IMG/VR virus record: IMGVR_UViG_3300032164_000003
Span: 1 to 64,000 of that record
From: a virus
DNA: 64,000 nt
Reading direction: 5' to 3' (one strand)
Position numbers and translations under genes: made by a program. How positions within the stretch are numbered: the first letter of the stretch is position 1; each line of letters opens with the position of its first letter. A model generated the notes under the pieces. That model ran no database searches. It saw only the letters and a list, made by a program, of their open reading frames with translations, and was not told the origin of the DNA. Of the stretch, positions 1 to 5,631 are shown piece after piece.

Positions 1-40
1 TCCTTTGTCCTTTTCTTGGCATGGGCACCGCGTGCTTGAC

Positions 41-68
41 ATTATACTCATTAAACTAAACTTGTAAA
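41..68 (-). promoter_or_regulatory. sigma70-type promoter TTTACA-N16-TATAAT for a gene starting at 22 and running off the left edge
   Basis: Minus strand reads CCTTTACAAGTTTAGTTTAATGAGTATAAT; ATG at 20-22 (MPRKGQR...). Confidence 0.6.
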
Positions 69-73
69 GGAAA

Positions 74-161
74 CGGAGACGACTGGATTTGAACCAGTGA
101 TCCTTTTTAGGGGATGCCACCTTAGCAGGATGGTGTCATAAACCAACTCGACCACGTCTCC
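74..161 (-). tRNA. tRNA-Ser(GCT)
   Basis: GGAGACG/CGTCTCC acceptor, anticodon arm CCATC-CTGCTAA-GGTGG, long variable arm, T-arm ACTGG-TTCAAAT-CCAGT, G73; no encoded CCA. Confidence 0.93.
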
Positions 162-164
162 ATA

Positions 165-234
165 AGATCCCGCAGGGAGTCGAACCCAGCCGCATAATTT
201 TGCAGACTATGCCCACCGCCGGATGGACGGGATC
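165..234 (-). tRNA. tRNA-Cys(GCA), compact D-arm
   Basis: GATCCCG/CGGGATC acceptor, U73, anticodon loop CTGCAAA, T-loop TTCGACT. Confidence 0.85.
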
Positions 235-387
235 ATTTATTCCTGCGCATGTTTTTGACTCCCTCCCATAAGGATCATAAACTCAAGCTGTTCCACGAGC
301 ATGTTAATCAATATATAATGGTGCTCGTGATTCATCAGTGTTGTAAGTGCTTCGTTCTGATTTACGGTGATATCGTTAATGAACTTA

Positions 388-525
388 CTAAGGATTGGGG
401 TCTGTTTCTTTACCAAATTTATTATAGCACGCATCAGAACAGAAATCATCCCCGTCATTGAATTGCCCTGCATTTCGCTCTATAAGACGTGGTTTACCAC
501 ATAGGATACAGACCCTTTTAGTCAT
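388..525 (-). CDS. small Cys-rich (Zn-binding) protein, 45 aa; below the ORF-track cutoff
   Basis: Hand translation MTKRVCILCGKPRLIERNAGQFNDGDDFCSDACYNKFGKETDPNP; CxxC...FCSxxC; starts 3 nt after the upstream stop. Confidence 0.55.
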   Translation of the reverse strand: MTKRVCILCGKPRLIERNAGQFNDGDDFCSDACYNKFGKETDPNP

Positions 526-527
526 TG

Positions 528-704
528 TCACTTATCTCCTGTTGCGACATACACAGCGAACAAAATGAATGCTAGATAAATCCACAATGGGGATGTCACC
601 CACCACCACGACCACGTGACATTGTCTGTAAGTTTCAGAACTAGGAAAATAAGGAACAAAACACTGGGTATTCCCAATCCTTTTTGCGTGTCAGCGCTAT
701 CCAT
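528..704 (-). CDS. small phage membrane protein (LKL..WSWWWV.SPLW type), 58 aa; below the ORF-track cutoff
   Basis: Hand translation MDSADTQKGLGIPSVLFLIFLVLKLTDNVTWSWWWVTSPLWIYLAFILFAVYVATGDK; GGAGG SD upstream. Confidence 0.75.
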   Translation of the reverse strand: MDSADTQKGLGIPSVLFLIFLVLKLTDNVTWSWWWVTSPLWIYLAFILFAVYVATGDK

Positions 705-721
705 AGTGTTCCTCCAAAATA

Positions 722-806
722 CGGAATGGGCTGGAGTCGAACCAGCGGACGTGTTACCGTCACTGCCTTTCCAGAGCAGCGCCCTAGGCCTCTAGGCGAC
801 CATTCC
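722..806 (-). tRNA. tRNA-Ser(GGA)
   Basis: GGAATGG/CCATTCC acceptor, CTGCT-CTGGAAA-GGCAG, long variable arm, T-loop TTCGACT. Confidence 0.93.
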
Positions 807-810
807 AAAA

Positions 811-894
811 CGGAGGGCAGATGAGTCGAACATCATGGTTTTACCCACGCACCGTGTTCGAGACGGGCTCCAGTCCACACCGGATTTACCCTCC
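811..894 (-). tRNA. tRNA-Ser(CGA), folds best as non-canonical 8/4 tRNA
   Basis: GGAGGGTA/TGCCCTCC 8-bp acceptor, GATG-TTCGACT-CATC 4-bp T-stem, anticodon loop CTCGAAC, long variable arm, G73. Confidence 0.8.
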
Positions 895-899
895 AAAGA

Positions 900-982
900 T
901 GGCCAAGAAGGGATTTGAACCCTTAAGCCTTTCGGCACCGACTTCTAAGACCGGCGCGTATACCAAGTTCCGCCACTTGGCC
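900..982 (-). tRNA. tRNA-Leu(TAG)
   Basis: GGCCAAG/CTTGGCC-A acceptor, CCGGT-CTTAGAA-GTCGG, variable arm GCCGAAAGGC, T-loop TTCAAAT. Confidence 0.93.
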
Positions 983-983
983 A

Positions 984-2123
984 TTATTCCACTGCCTTGA
1001 AGTTATAGACCGGCTTCATTATGAAATCGATAGTCACGCTCTCACCAATGGCGTCAATGATCTTCTGCTTGTCTTTGTACGCCATCGGGGACTCATCTAG
1101 CGTGTCTTTGCTGACACAGGACGACCACACACCAACCATCTCTTTTTGGAACTCGTCTAGCTGCAATTCCCGCTTCGCACGACTTCTGGAATAGATTCTC
1201 CCAGCACCATGGGGAGCAGACATATTCCATTTTGCACTACCCTTGCCGGTTCCTATAATAGTCCCGTCACGCATGTTCAAAGGAATTATTACCCTTTCTC
1301 CTTCATGTGCTGAAATGGCACCCTTGCGGAGAATGTTGTCGGAGAAGTTTATGTAGTTGTGAACTGATTTCACACTTTCCAATTTGGAATATTCTTGTTT
1401 GAAAAACTCCTCAATGATTTGTTTGACCATGAAGTATCTATTCATCAGTGCATATCTTTGTGCTACCTTCATGTCAGTCAAGTATTCTTTGCCACCCTTG
1501 TCTATAGGCAAGAATTCAAGATCTTTATATGCGGCCCCTATAAACATTTCTCGCATAAGTTCTTTGGCGCGCTTCTGATGATATCCAGCTATGTCCAACC
1601 CAAATTTGCGACTTCCAGAATGGACGAGCAACCAAATGTTACCAGTTGCATCCTTGTCCAATTCTATAAAATGGTTTCCACCGCCCAATGTACCTATGGA
1701 CTTTAATGCTCTGGTACTATCAGAACCTATGTTGCAACAAATGTCAACGATCATTGCTGGTAATTCTTCGAGCAGATTAGTATCTATTTGTTGTTTATCA
1801 CTTCGTACGTGAAAACCGCTCGGAATGTTTTCGCGGATGAAGCCATCCAACTTCGCAAAGTCTACTTCTATTTGTCCAAGGTTGAACGCCTCAATTCCGC
1901 AGCCGATGTCAACACCTACTAAATTGGCGATTACATAATTATTCATCTTAGCTGTGTAGCCGATAACCGCCCCGGCTCCAGCATGGCAATCTGGCATGAT
2001 TGCGATGTATGTATTTCCAAATGCTGGATGATTCAGGAAACTGTAGATTTGAGCTACAGTTGTTTCGTCGATATCGTCAATCATGACATTAGCAGAATTA
2101 TATTTTCCTGTGTACGTTAACAT
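984..2123 (-). CDS. rtcB: RtcB family RNA ligase (tRNA repair)
   Basis: Motifs MPDCHAG, VGVDIGCG, GTLGGGNHFIE, HSGSR, HNYI, RKGA, SAPHGAGR, DESPMAYK. Confidence 0.95.
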   Translation of the reverse strand: MLTYTGKYNSANVMIDDIDETTVAQIYSFLNHPAFGNTYIAIMPDCHAGAGAVIGYTAKMNNYVIANLVGVDIGCGIEAFNLGQIEVDFAKLDGFIRENIPSGFHVRSDKQQIDTNLLEELPAMIVDICCNIGSDSTRALKSIGTLGGGNHFIELDKDATGNIWLLVHSGSRKFGLDIAGYHQKRAKELMREMFIGAAYKDLEFLPIDKGGKEYLTDMKVAQRYALMNRYFMVKQIIEEFFKQEYSKLESVKSVHNYINFSDNILRKGAISAHEGERVIIPLNMRDGTIIGTGKGSAKWNMSAPHGAGRIYSRSRAKRELQLDEFQKEMVGVWSSCVSKDTLDESPMAYKDKQKIIDAIGESVTIDFIMKPVYNFKAVE

Positions 2124-2280
2124 ATTTTTTCCTTAGTCGTTGTCGTTCCTTACTTCGGATCGTTTTCGTAGTGATCTCTGCACCGCAGCATCTACATTTC
2201 ACTCCACCTGGGCCGACATGCCCTTTGTAGTATTGGCGCAGGTTTCTCTTGCCAGCACGTTTTCCAGCGGGCTTGCCCAC
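2098..2280 (-). CDS. small basic protein with GPGG.KC.CC motif; probably leaderless GTG start at 2280
   Basis: ORF track 2098..2295; the first ATG overlaps the -10 box, and an in-frame GTG lies 6 nt downstream of TATAAT. Confidence 0.5.
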   Translation of the reverse strand: MGKPAGKRAGKRNLRQYYKGHVGPGGVKCRCCGAEITTKTIRSKERQRLRKKYVNVHRKI

Positions 2281-2286
2281 GCCTTC

Positions 2287-2314
2287 ATTATACATACGAT
2301 GGAGAGTTTGTAAA
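2287..2314 (-). promoter_or_regulatory. sigma70-type promoter TTTACA-N16-TATAAT driving the small ORF, rtcB and downstream tRNAs
   Basis: Minus strand CTTTACAAACTCTCCATCGTATGTATAAT. Confidence 0.65.
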
Positions 2315-2339
2315 GAGGAAATGTGGTATAATCATAATA

Positions 2340-2411
2340 TGGAGGCTAAGGGAATCGAACCCTTATTTCCGGCTTGCAGGGCCAGCGTAATGCCCATTAT
2401 ACGAAGCCCCC
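2340..2411 (-). tRNA. tRNA-Ala(TGC)
   Basis: GGGGGCT/AGCCTCC-A with G3:U70 identity pair, anticodon loop CCTGCAA, T-loop TTCGATT. Confidence 0.92.
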
Positions 2412-2439
2412 TAAGAACACCATTCTTAACTGCACAAAA

Positions 2440-2503
2440 TGGTCAGGTCACGCTACGTACCCCACGGTTAAGTGGGACGCCAAGTCCGGTGGCCTGCCTG
2501 ACC
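2440..2503 (-). ncRNA. candidate minimal tRNA-like structured RNA
   Basis: GGTCAGG/CCTGACC-A 7-bp closing stem enclosing three small hairpins (GCCA/TGGC, CCCAC/GTGGG, ACG/CGT). Confidence 0.35.
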
Positions 2504-2583
2504 TATAACATCTGAGTTATCTAGGATCACTCAGTTTAATACTGCCTAGAACAGTAGCAGATTTTCTCCTGCTCCGGAGTTGA

Positions 2584-4155
2584 TTACAACTCGATCTCGT
2601 CCACGATCCCGACAAGCTGCTCGGAATCCAGATCATTGGTGGCGAACCGGTTGATTACGTCGAACACCTGATCGCTCCATCCACCAACGTTCAGCACGTC
2701 CTTGCGGTGCTTCGGTGCCTGTGTGTCCTTGCCAGCTTGAATGTCAATCAGCACCATCTTGGCGTTCTTGTTGCGCGACTTCAGCTGCTCCCACTCATGC
2801 ATCAATGGTGTGCAGCCCCGGCTCAAATAGTAAGAGCCTGCCCAGGACTCGTTGTCGCTAACAATGATGATTAGGTCTACCTCGGCGCGCTCACGGTTGA
2901 GTAGTCGCAATGGCGCAGAGCACTCCGTAGATCCACCGCCGATGCTTCCAAGCAGTGCCGCGTTGGTCATGATGCTGTCACGCGGATTGACCCGTACGTT
3001 GACCACATTTCCCTCGAACGGGATCACTCGCGACATTGGGTTCTTGCGCAAGTACACTGCGCTTACCAAGGCTGCCACGTCGATGCAGTTTACCTTGGTG
3101 GTTGCCGTGCCCCGGTCACCCGTGATCGGGCTGGACATAGATCCGGAAACATCTGGACAGATTACGACGTTTCCGTCAAACACGTCCACGTTCTCACAGG
3201 CAATTTCCATAGCCTCTTGCAGCGCATCCGAAATCTCAGCCGGCGCATCCTCGATGTTCTTGTACGCTGCTAGCAATTGGTACGGGAACGCACGTGCGCG
3301 CTGGATCTGATCACGATCCTGCAAGCGTTCCGCCACCAGCTTGACCATCTTCTTTCCGTCCCTGCCGTCGAACACACCATGCCGCTTGAACGTGTTGATG
3401 TTCATGCGGGTCATCATCCACTTTGCGTTCTTGGCAATCTCCTTCCAAGCTGCAGTATCCAATTCCAGCGAGGTTAGGTACTGGAAGGAAACATCCGGGA
3501 CTTCCTCTGCCTTGCCTGCCTTGAACAACTCGTACTCCTTGACGATCTTCGGCAGGTAGCGCTTGTTGTACTCCTTGCCCAGGATGTACGCGTAGAAGGC
3601 ATTGCGGGTCTTATCCTTCGGCTTCGGGTGAACCATCTTCACCAGATCGGCCAAAGATACACCAGCGCCTACGGCATCGCGGAATAGCTGCTCGTCAGTG
3701 CGACCGTCAAGCCAGCCACGGATGATGTTACGAGGAGCCGTACCGAAGCTCTTACGCCCGGTTACACCGCTGCGGATGATCTGAGCAAACTTGCGCAGCT
3801 GTGTGCCGTTGTCGATGGTCTTGGGAAAGATCGCCCTTACTAGATCGATCTCACCACGACCAACTAGGTGCGCCGTCAAGAAGGCCGGCATGTCCTTCAT
3901 ATAGCCCTTGTCACGGCTATACACTGCCACCTTGGCGATGAACTCTGGATCGACCTTGGTGCATAGATCTTGGGTATCGTTCATTAGTTCATCTGCGTGT
4001 GCATAGAAGATGTCATTGAAACAGTTGGTGACGGCATACTGAATGAGCGCATGCTTATCACTCATCTTGTATGCCAACCCACCCGCGCGGTTGCGAGTGT
4101 CCGACTTCGGGGCCATCTTACCACGGGTTGTTGAGAATAGACGACGGTTTACCAT
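2584..4155 (-). CDS. rsr: Ro60/Rsr-like TROVE domain RNA-binding protein with C-terminal vWA domain
   Basis: N-terminal NRAGGLAY, DPEFIAKVAVYSR..GYMKDMPA, GRKSFG, MVHPKP, ARAFPYQLLAAY; vWA MIDAS DVSGSM, SDNESW, GGWSDQVF. Probable start M7 (4155) after a GGAGG SD. Confidence 0.93.
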   Translation of the reverse strand: MVNRRLFSTTRGKMAPKSDTRNRAGGLAYKMSDKHALIQYAVTNCFNDIFYAHADELMNDTQDLCTKVDPEFIAKVAVYSRDKGYMKDMPAFLTAHLVGRGEIDLVRAIFPKTIDNGTQLRKFAQIIRSGVTGRKSFGTAPRNIIRGWLDGRTDEQLFRDAVGAGVSLADLVKMVHPKPKDKTRNAFYAYILGKEYNKRYLPKIVKEYELFKAGKAEEVPDVSFQYLTSLELDTAAWKEIAKNAKWMMTRMNINTFKRHGVFDGRDGKKMVKLVAERLQDRDQIQRARAFPYQLLAAYKNIEDAPAEISDALQEAMEIACENVDVFDGNVVICPDVSGSMSSPITGDRGTATTKVNCIDVAALVSAVYLRKNPMSRVIPFEGNVVNVRVNPRDSIMTNAALLGSIGGGSTECSAPLRLLNRERAEVDLIIIVSDNESWAGSYYLSRGCTPLMHEWEQLKSRNKNAKMVLIDIQAGKDTQAPKHRKDVLNVGGWSDQVFDVINRFATNDLDSEQLVGIVDEIEL

Positions 4156-4236
4156 AACTTCCCTCCGATGCATTTCCCTTTCGGGAACGATTATGCCGAG
4201 AGTACAACGAAAGTTTGAACGCTCTCAGCGATAAAA
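4156..4236 (-). promoter_or_regulatory. structured 5' leader of rsr with a circularly permuted Ro-site-like hairpin next to the SD
   Basis: GCTGAGAG/CTCTCGGC hairpin, then TCG-TTCCC-GAAA-GGGAA-ATGC, then GGAGG SD and ATG. Confidence 0.45.
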
Positions 4237-4244
4237 CTATAAAA

Positions 4245-4310
4245 TGGGGTGACAAGGTTTTGTAGAGATTTAGTCGGTTAATGATGTAATCCCTACAAGC
4301 ATTCACCCCA
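4245..4310 (-). ncRNA. Y-RNA-like unit 7 (minimal, scaffold only)
   Basis: GGGGTGA-ATGC-TTGTAGGGATTACAT...AATCTCTACAA-AACCTTG-TCACCCC. Confidence 0.7.
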
Positions 4311-4314
4311 ATAC

Positions 4315-4446
4315 TTTTGGGCAACGAAATTTGGAAAGACTTTTTACCGGAGTCCTGGCGTTAGACGACAGCCCGATGGTCGGGCTGGCAGGAGTTAAAC
4401 CTACGTTACCGGTCCTGTATGTAGTCCTTCCGGCATTTGCCCAAAA
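4315..4446 (-). ncRNA. Y-RNA-like unit 6 (YrlA-type, permuted tRNA domain)
   Basis: GGGCAA-ATGC-CGGAAGGACTACAT scaffold; ACCGG/CCGGT stem, T-arm GTAGG-TTTAACT-CCTGC, closed acceptor CAGCCCGA-CCA-TCGGGCTG, D-arm GTC..GAC. Confidence 0.8.
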
Positions 4447-4457
4447 CTGAAAATAAA

Positions 4458-4593
4458 TTGGCCAACGAGTATTGGAAAGATTTTTGTCTGCCGCTCTACC
4501 TACTGAGCTATACTACCATACAAAGTATGGCAGCAGCAGGACTCGAACCTGCGACCAACAGTTTATAATGTAATCCTTCCTGCATTTGGCCAA
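4458..4593 (-). ncRNA. Y-RNA-like unit 5 (YrlA-type, permuted tRNA domain)
   Basis: GGCCAA-ATGC-AGGAAGGATTACAT scaffold; T-arm GCAGG-TTCGAGT-CCTGC, closed acceptor TGCTGCCATAC-TTT-GTATGGTAGTA, D-arm GCTC-AGTAGGTA-GAGC. Confidence 0.85.
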
Positions 4594-4610
4594 AGCGAAA
4601 ACTTAGAAAA

Positions 4611-4766
4611 TTTGGACAACGAGAGTTGCGAGACGGTCAACCCGGGTATGACGTCCGGGCGCTCTACCTTAGAGCATCTCGCCCAATCAGAGATGGAATC
4701 CCGGTTGTGGGCGAGATAGGAATCGAACCTATTATGATGATGTAGTCCCGCTGGCATTTGTCCAAA
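4611..4766 (-). ncRNA. Y-RNA-like unit 4 (permuted tRNA retaining an anticodon-like arm)
   Basis: GGACAA-ATGC-CAGCGGGACTACAT scaffold; T-arm ATAGG-TTCGATT-CCTAT, acceptor CTCGCCCA/TGGGCGAG, D-arm GCTC-TAAGGTA-GAGC, arm CCCGG-ACGTCATAC-CCGGG. Confidence 0.8.
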
Positions 4767-4776
4767 ACTAAACTAC

Positions 4777-4894
4777 TTTACCCGACGAAAGGTGGAGAGA
4801 CTATTTTAAGCGTGCTACCGTTACACTAATTATACGGAGTTGAACCGTTCCTCCTCTTTATTAGAGATGTAATCCCTCTGGGCATTCGGGTAAA
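4777..4894 (-). ncRNA. Y-RNA-like unit 3 (T-arm + D-arm only)
   Basis: ACCCGA-ATGC-CCAGAGGGATTACAT scaffold; ACGG-TTCAACT-CCGT and GTG-TAACGGTAG-CAC with almost no acceptor stem. Confidence 0.75.
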
Positions 4895-4906
4895 ACGAAA
4901 ATTAGA

Positions 4907-4995
4907 TTGCCCAACGAAATTTGTCGAGACGTTGGACCACCCCCCGAGGGTGGTCATCTTTATCAGAGATGTAATCCCGACTGGCATTTGGGCAA
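4907..4995 (-). ncRNA. Y-RNA-like unit 2 (single GC-rich hairpin insert)
   Basis: GCCCAA-ATGC-CAGTCGGGATTACAT...GACCACCC/GGGTGGTC...GTCTCGAC-AAATTTCG-TTGGGC. Confidence 0.72.
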
Positions 4996-4999
4996 ATAG

Positions 5000-5063
5000 T
5001 TACCCGACAAGAGTAGAAGAGACATTTATCACATAAGATGTAGTCTCTTCAGCATTCGGGTAA
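5000..5063 (-). ncRNA. Y-RNA-like unit 1 (minimal, scaffold only)
   Basis: ACCCGA-ATGC-TGAAGAGACTACAT...GTCTCTTC-TACTCTTG-TCGGGT. Confidence 0.7.
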
Positions 5064-5074
5064 TCTTTAGTTCC

Positions 5075-5088
5075 GATTGTCACAGAAC
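5075..5088 (-). promoter_or_regulatory. boxA-like element GTTCTGTGACAATC in front of the Y-RNA array; a TATACT -10-like box lies just upstream (5101-5106)
   Basis: One mismatch to the two copies of GTTCTTTGACAATC at 5501 and 5691. Confidence 0.5.
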
Positions 5089-5120
5089 GATGCTACTAAC
5101 AGTATACTACAAGTTCATAG

Positions 5121-5193
5121 TCGAGAGGGGGAGATTCGAACTCCCAACCTGATGGCCCCAAACCACCCGCTCCGCCAGTTGAGCTACCCCTCG
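5121..5193 (-). tRNA. tRNA-Pro(TGG)
   Basis: CGAGGGG/CCTCTCG-A, D-arm GCTC..GAGC, anticodon loop TTTGGGG, T-loop TTCGAAT. Confidence 0.9.
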
Positions 5194-5196
5194 ATA

Positions 5197-5270
5197 TCGG
5201 GGAAGTCGGCTTTGATCCGACGGCCTCCTGGTCCCGAACCAGGCGCTCTACCAGACTGAGCTATTCCCCG
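5197..5270 (-). tRNA. tRNA-Pro(CGG), atypical T-loop ATCAAAG
   Basis: CGGGGAA/TTCCCCG-A, CCTGG-TTCGGGA-CCAGG, T-arm GTCGG-ATCAAAG-CCGAC. Confidence 0.88.
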
Positions 5271-5273
5271 GTA

Positions 5274-5346
5274 TAGGCCCAAGTGGGTTTGAACCACTTA
5301 CCTAGCGGTTATCAGCCGCTCGCTCTACCAAGTGAGCTATGGGCCT
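5274..5346 (-). tRNA. tRNA-Ile(GAT)
   Basis: AGGCCCA/TGGGCCT-A, AGCGG-CTGATAA-CCGCT, T-loop TTCAAAC. Confidence 0.93.
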
Positions 5347-5351
5347 AAAAC

Positions 5352-5500
5352 TGGGGTTTGGTTGTGGGAAGCGCATCGCGTCTCCGCTCACGAGTTGACA
5401 AAGCATCTCGTGCAACCCTTACGGCCACCGACCCCAAAGGCCATATCAATCCTCGATCAGTTGGATCGAGGACGCGTGTTCCATATTGACTTGCCGCTCC
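5352..5500 (-). ncRNA. candidate structured ncRNA of unknown family
   Basis: Stems TGGGGT/ACCCCA, CACGAG/CTCGTG and TCCTCGATC/GATCGAGGA, between a boxA-like motif and tRNA-Ile. Confidence 0.35.
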
Positions 5501-5514
5501 GATTGTCAAAGAAC
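5501..5514 (-). promoter_or_regulatory. boxA-like element GTTCTTTGACAATC
   Basis: Exact repeat of 5691-5704; resembles the rrn boxA antitermination consensus. Confidence 0.55.
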
Positions 5515-5524
5515 CCAGAAGCTA

Positions 5525-5593
5525 TAGCGGGGGTCGGATTCGAACCGACCGCCCGAGGCGTATGAGGCCCCAGTCTGCCCGAGCAGCCCCGCA
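5525..5593 (-). tRNA. tRNA-Met(CAT), initiator-like with reduced D-arm
   Basis: 1:72 mismatch (T/T) above GCGGGG/CCCCGC, A73, GGGGC-CTCATAC-GCCTC, T-arm GTCGG-TTCGAAT-CCGAC; D region only CTGC-TCGG-GCAG. Confidence 0.75.
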
Positions 5594-5631
5594 GTTACAA
5601 TCAGTCTATACCACAGACCAATTTAAATAAC

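Noticed and set aside
237-473. 78-aa minus-strand ORF and 70-aa plus-strand ORF
   Set aside because: The upper part overlaps the better-supported Cys-rich ORF 388..525. A shorter gene may exist at 237-385, but I cannot support a start.
4458-4766. Ordinary tRNA genes suggested by GGTTCGA and TAGCTCAG motifs
   Set aside because: The T-arm precedes the D-arm and the acceptor stem is closed by a loop, so these are permuted domains inside larger RNAs.
4245-5063. CRISPR array or attC-type cassette array
   Set aside because: The repeats are not identical, they pair across each unit with compensatory changes, the inserts vary in length and are tRNA-like, and no cas or integrase gene is present.
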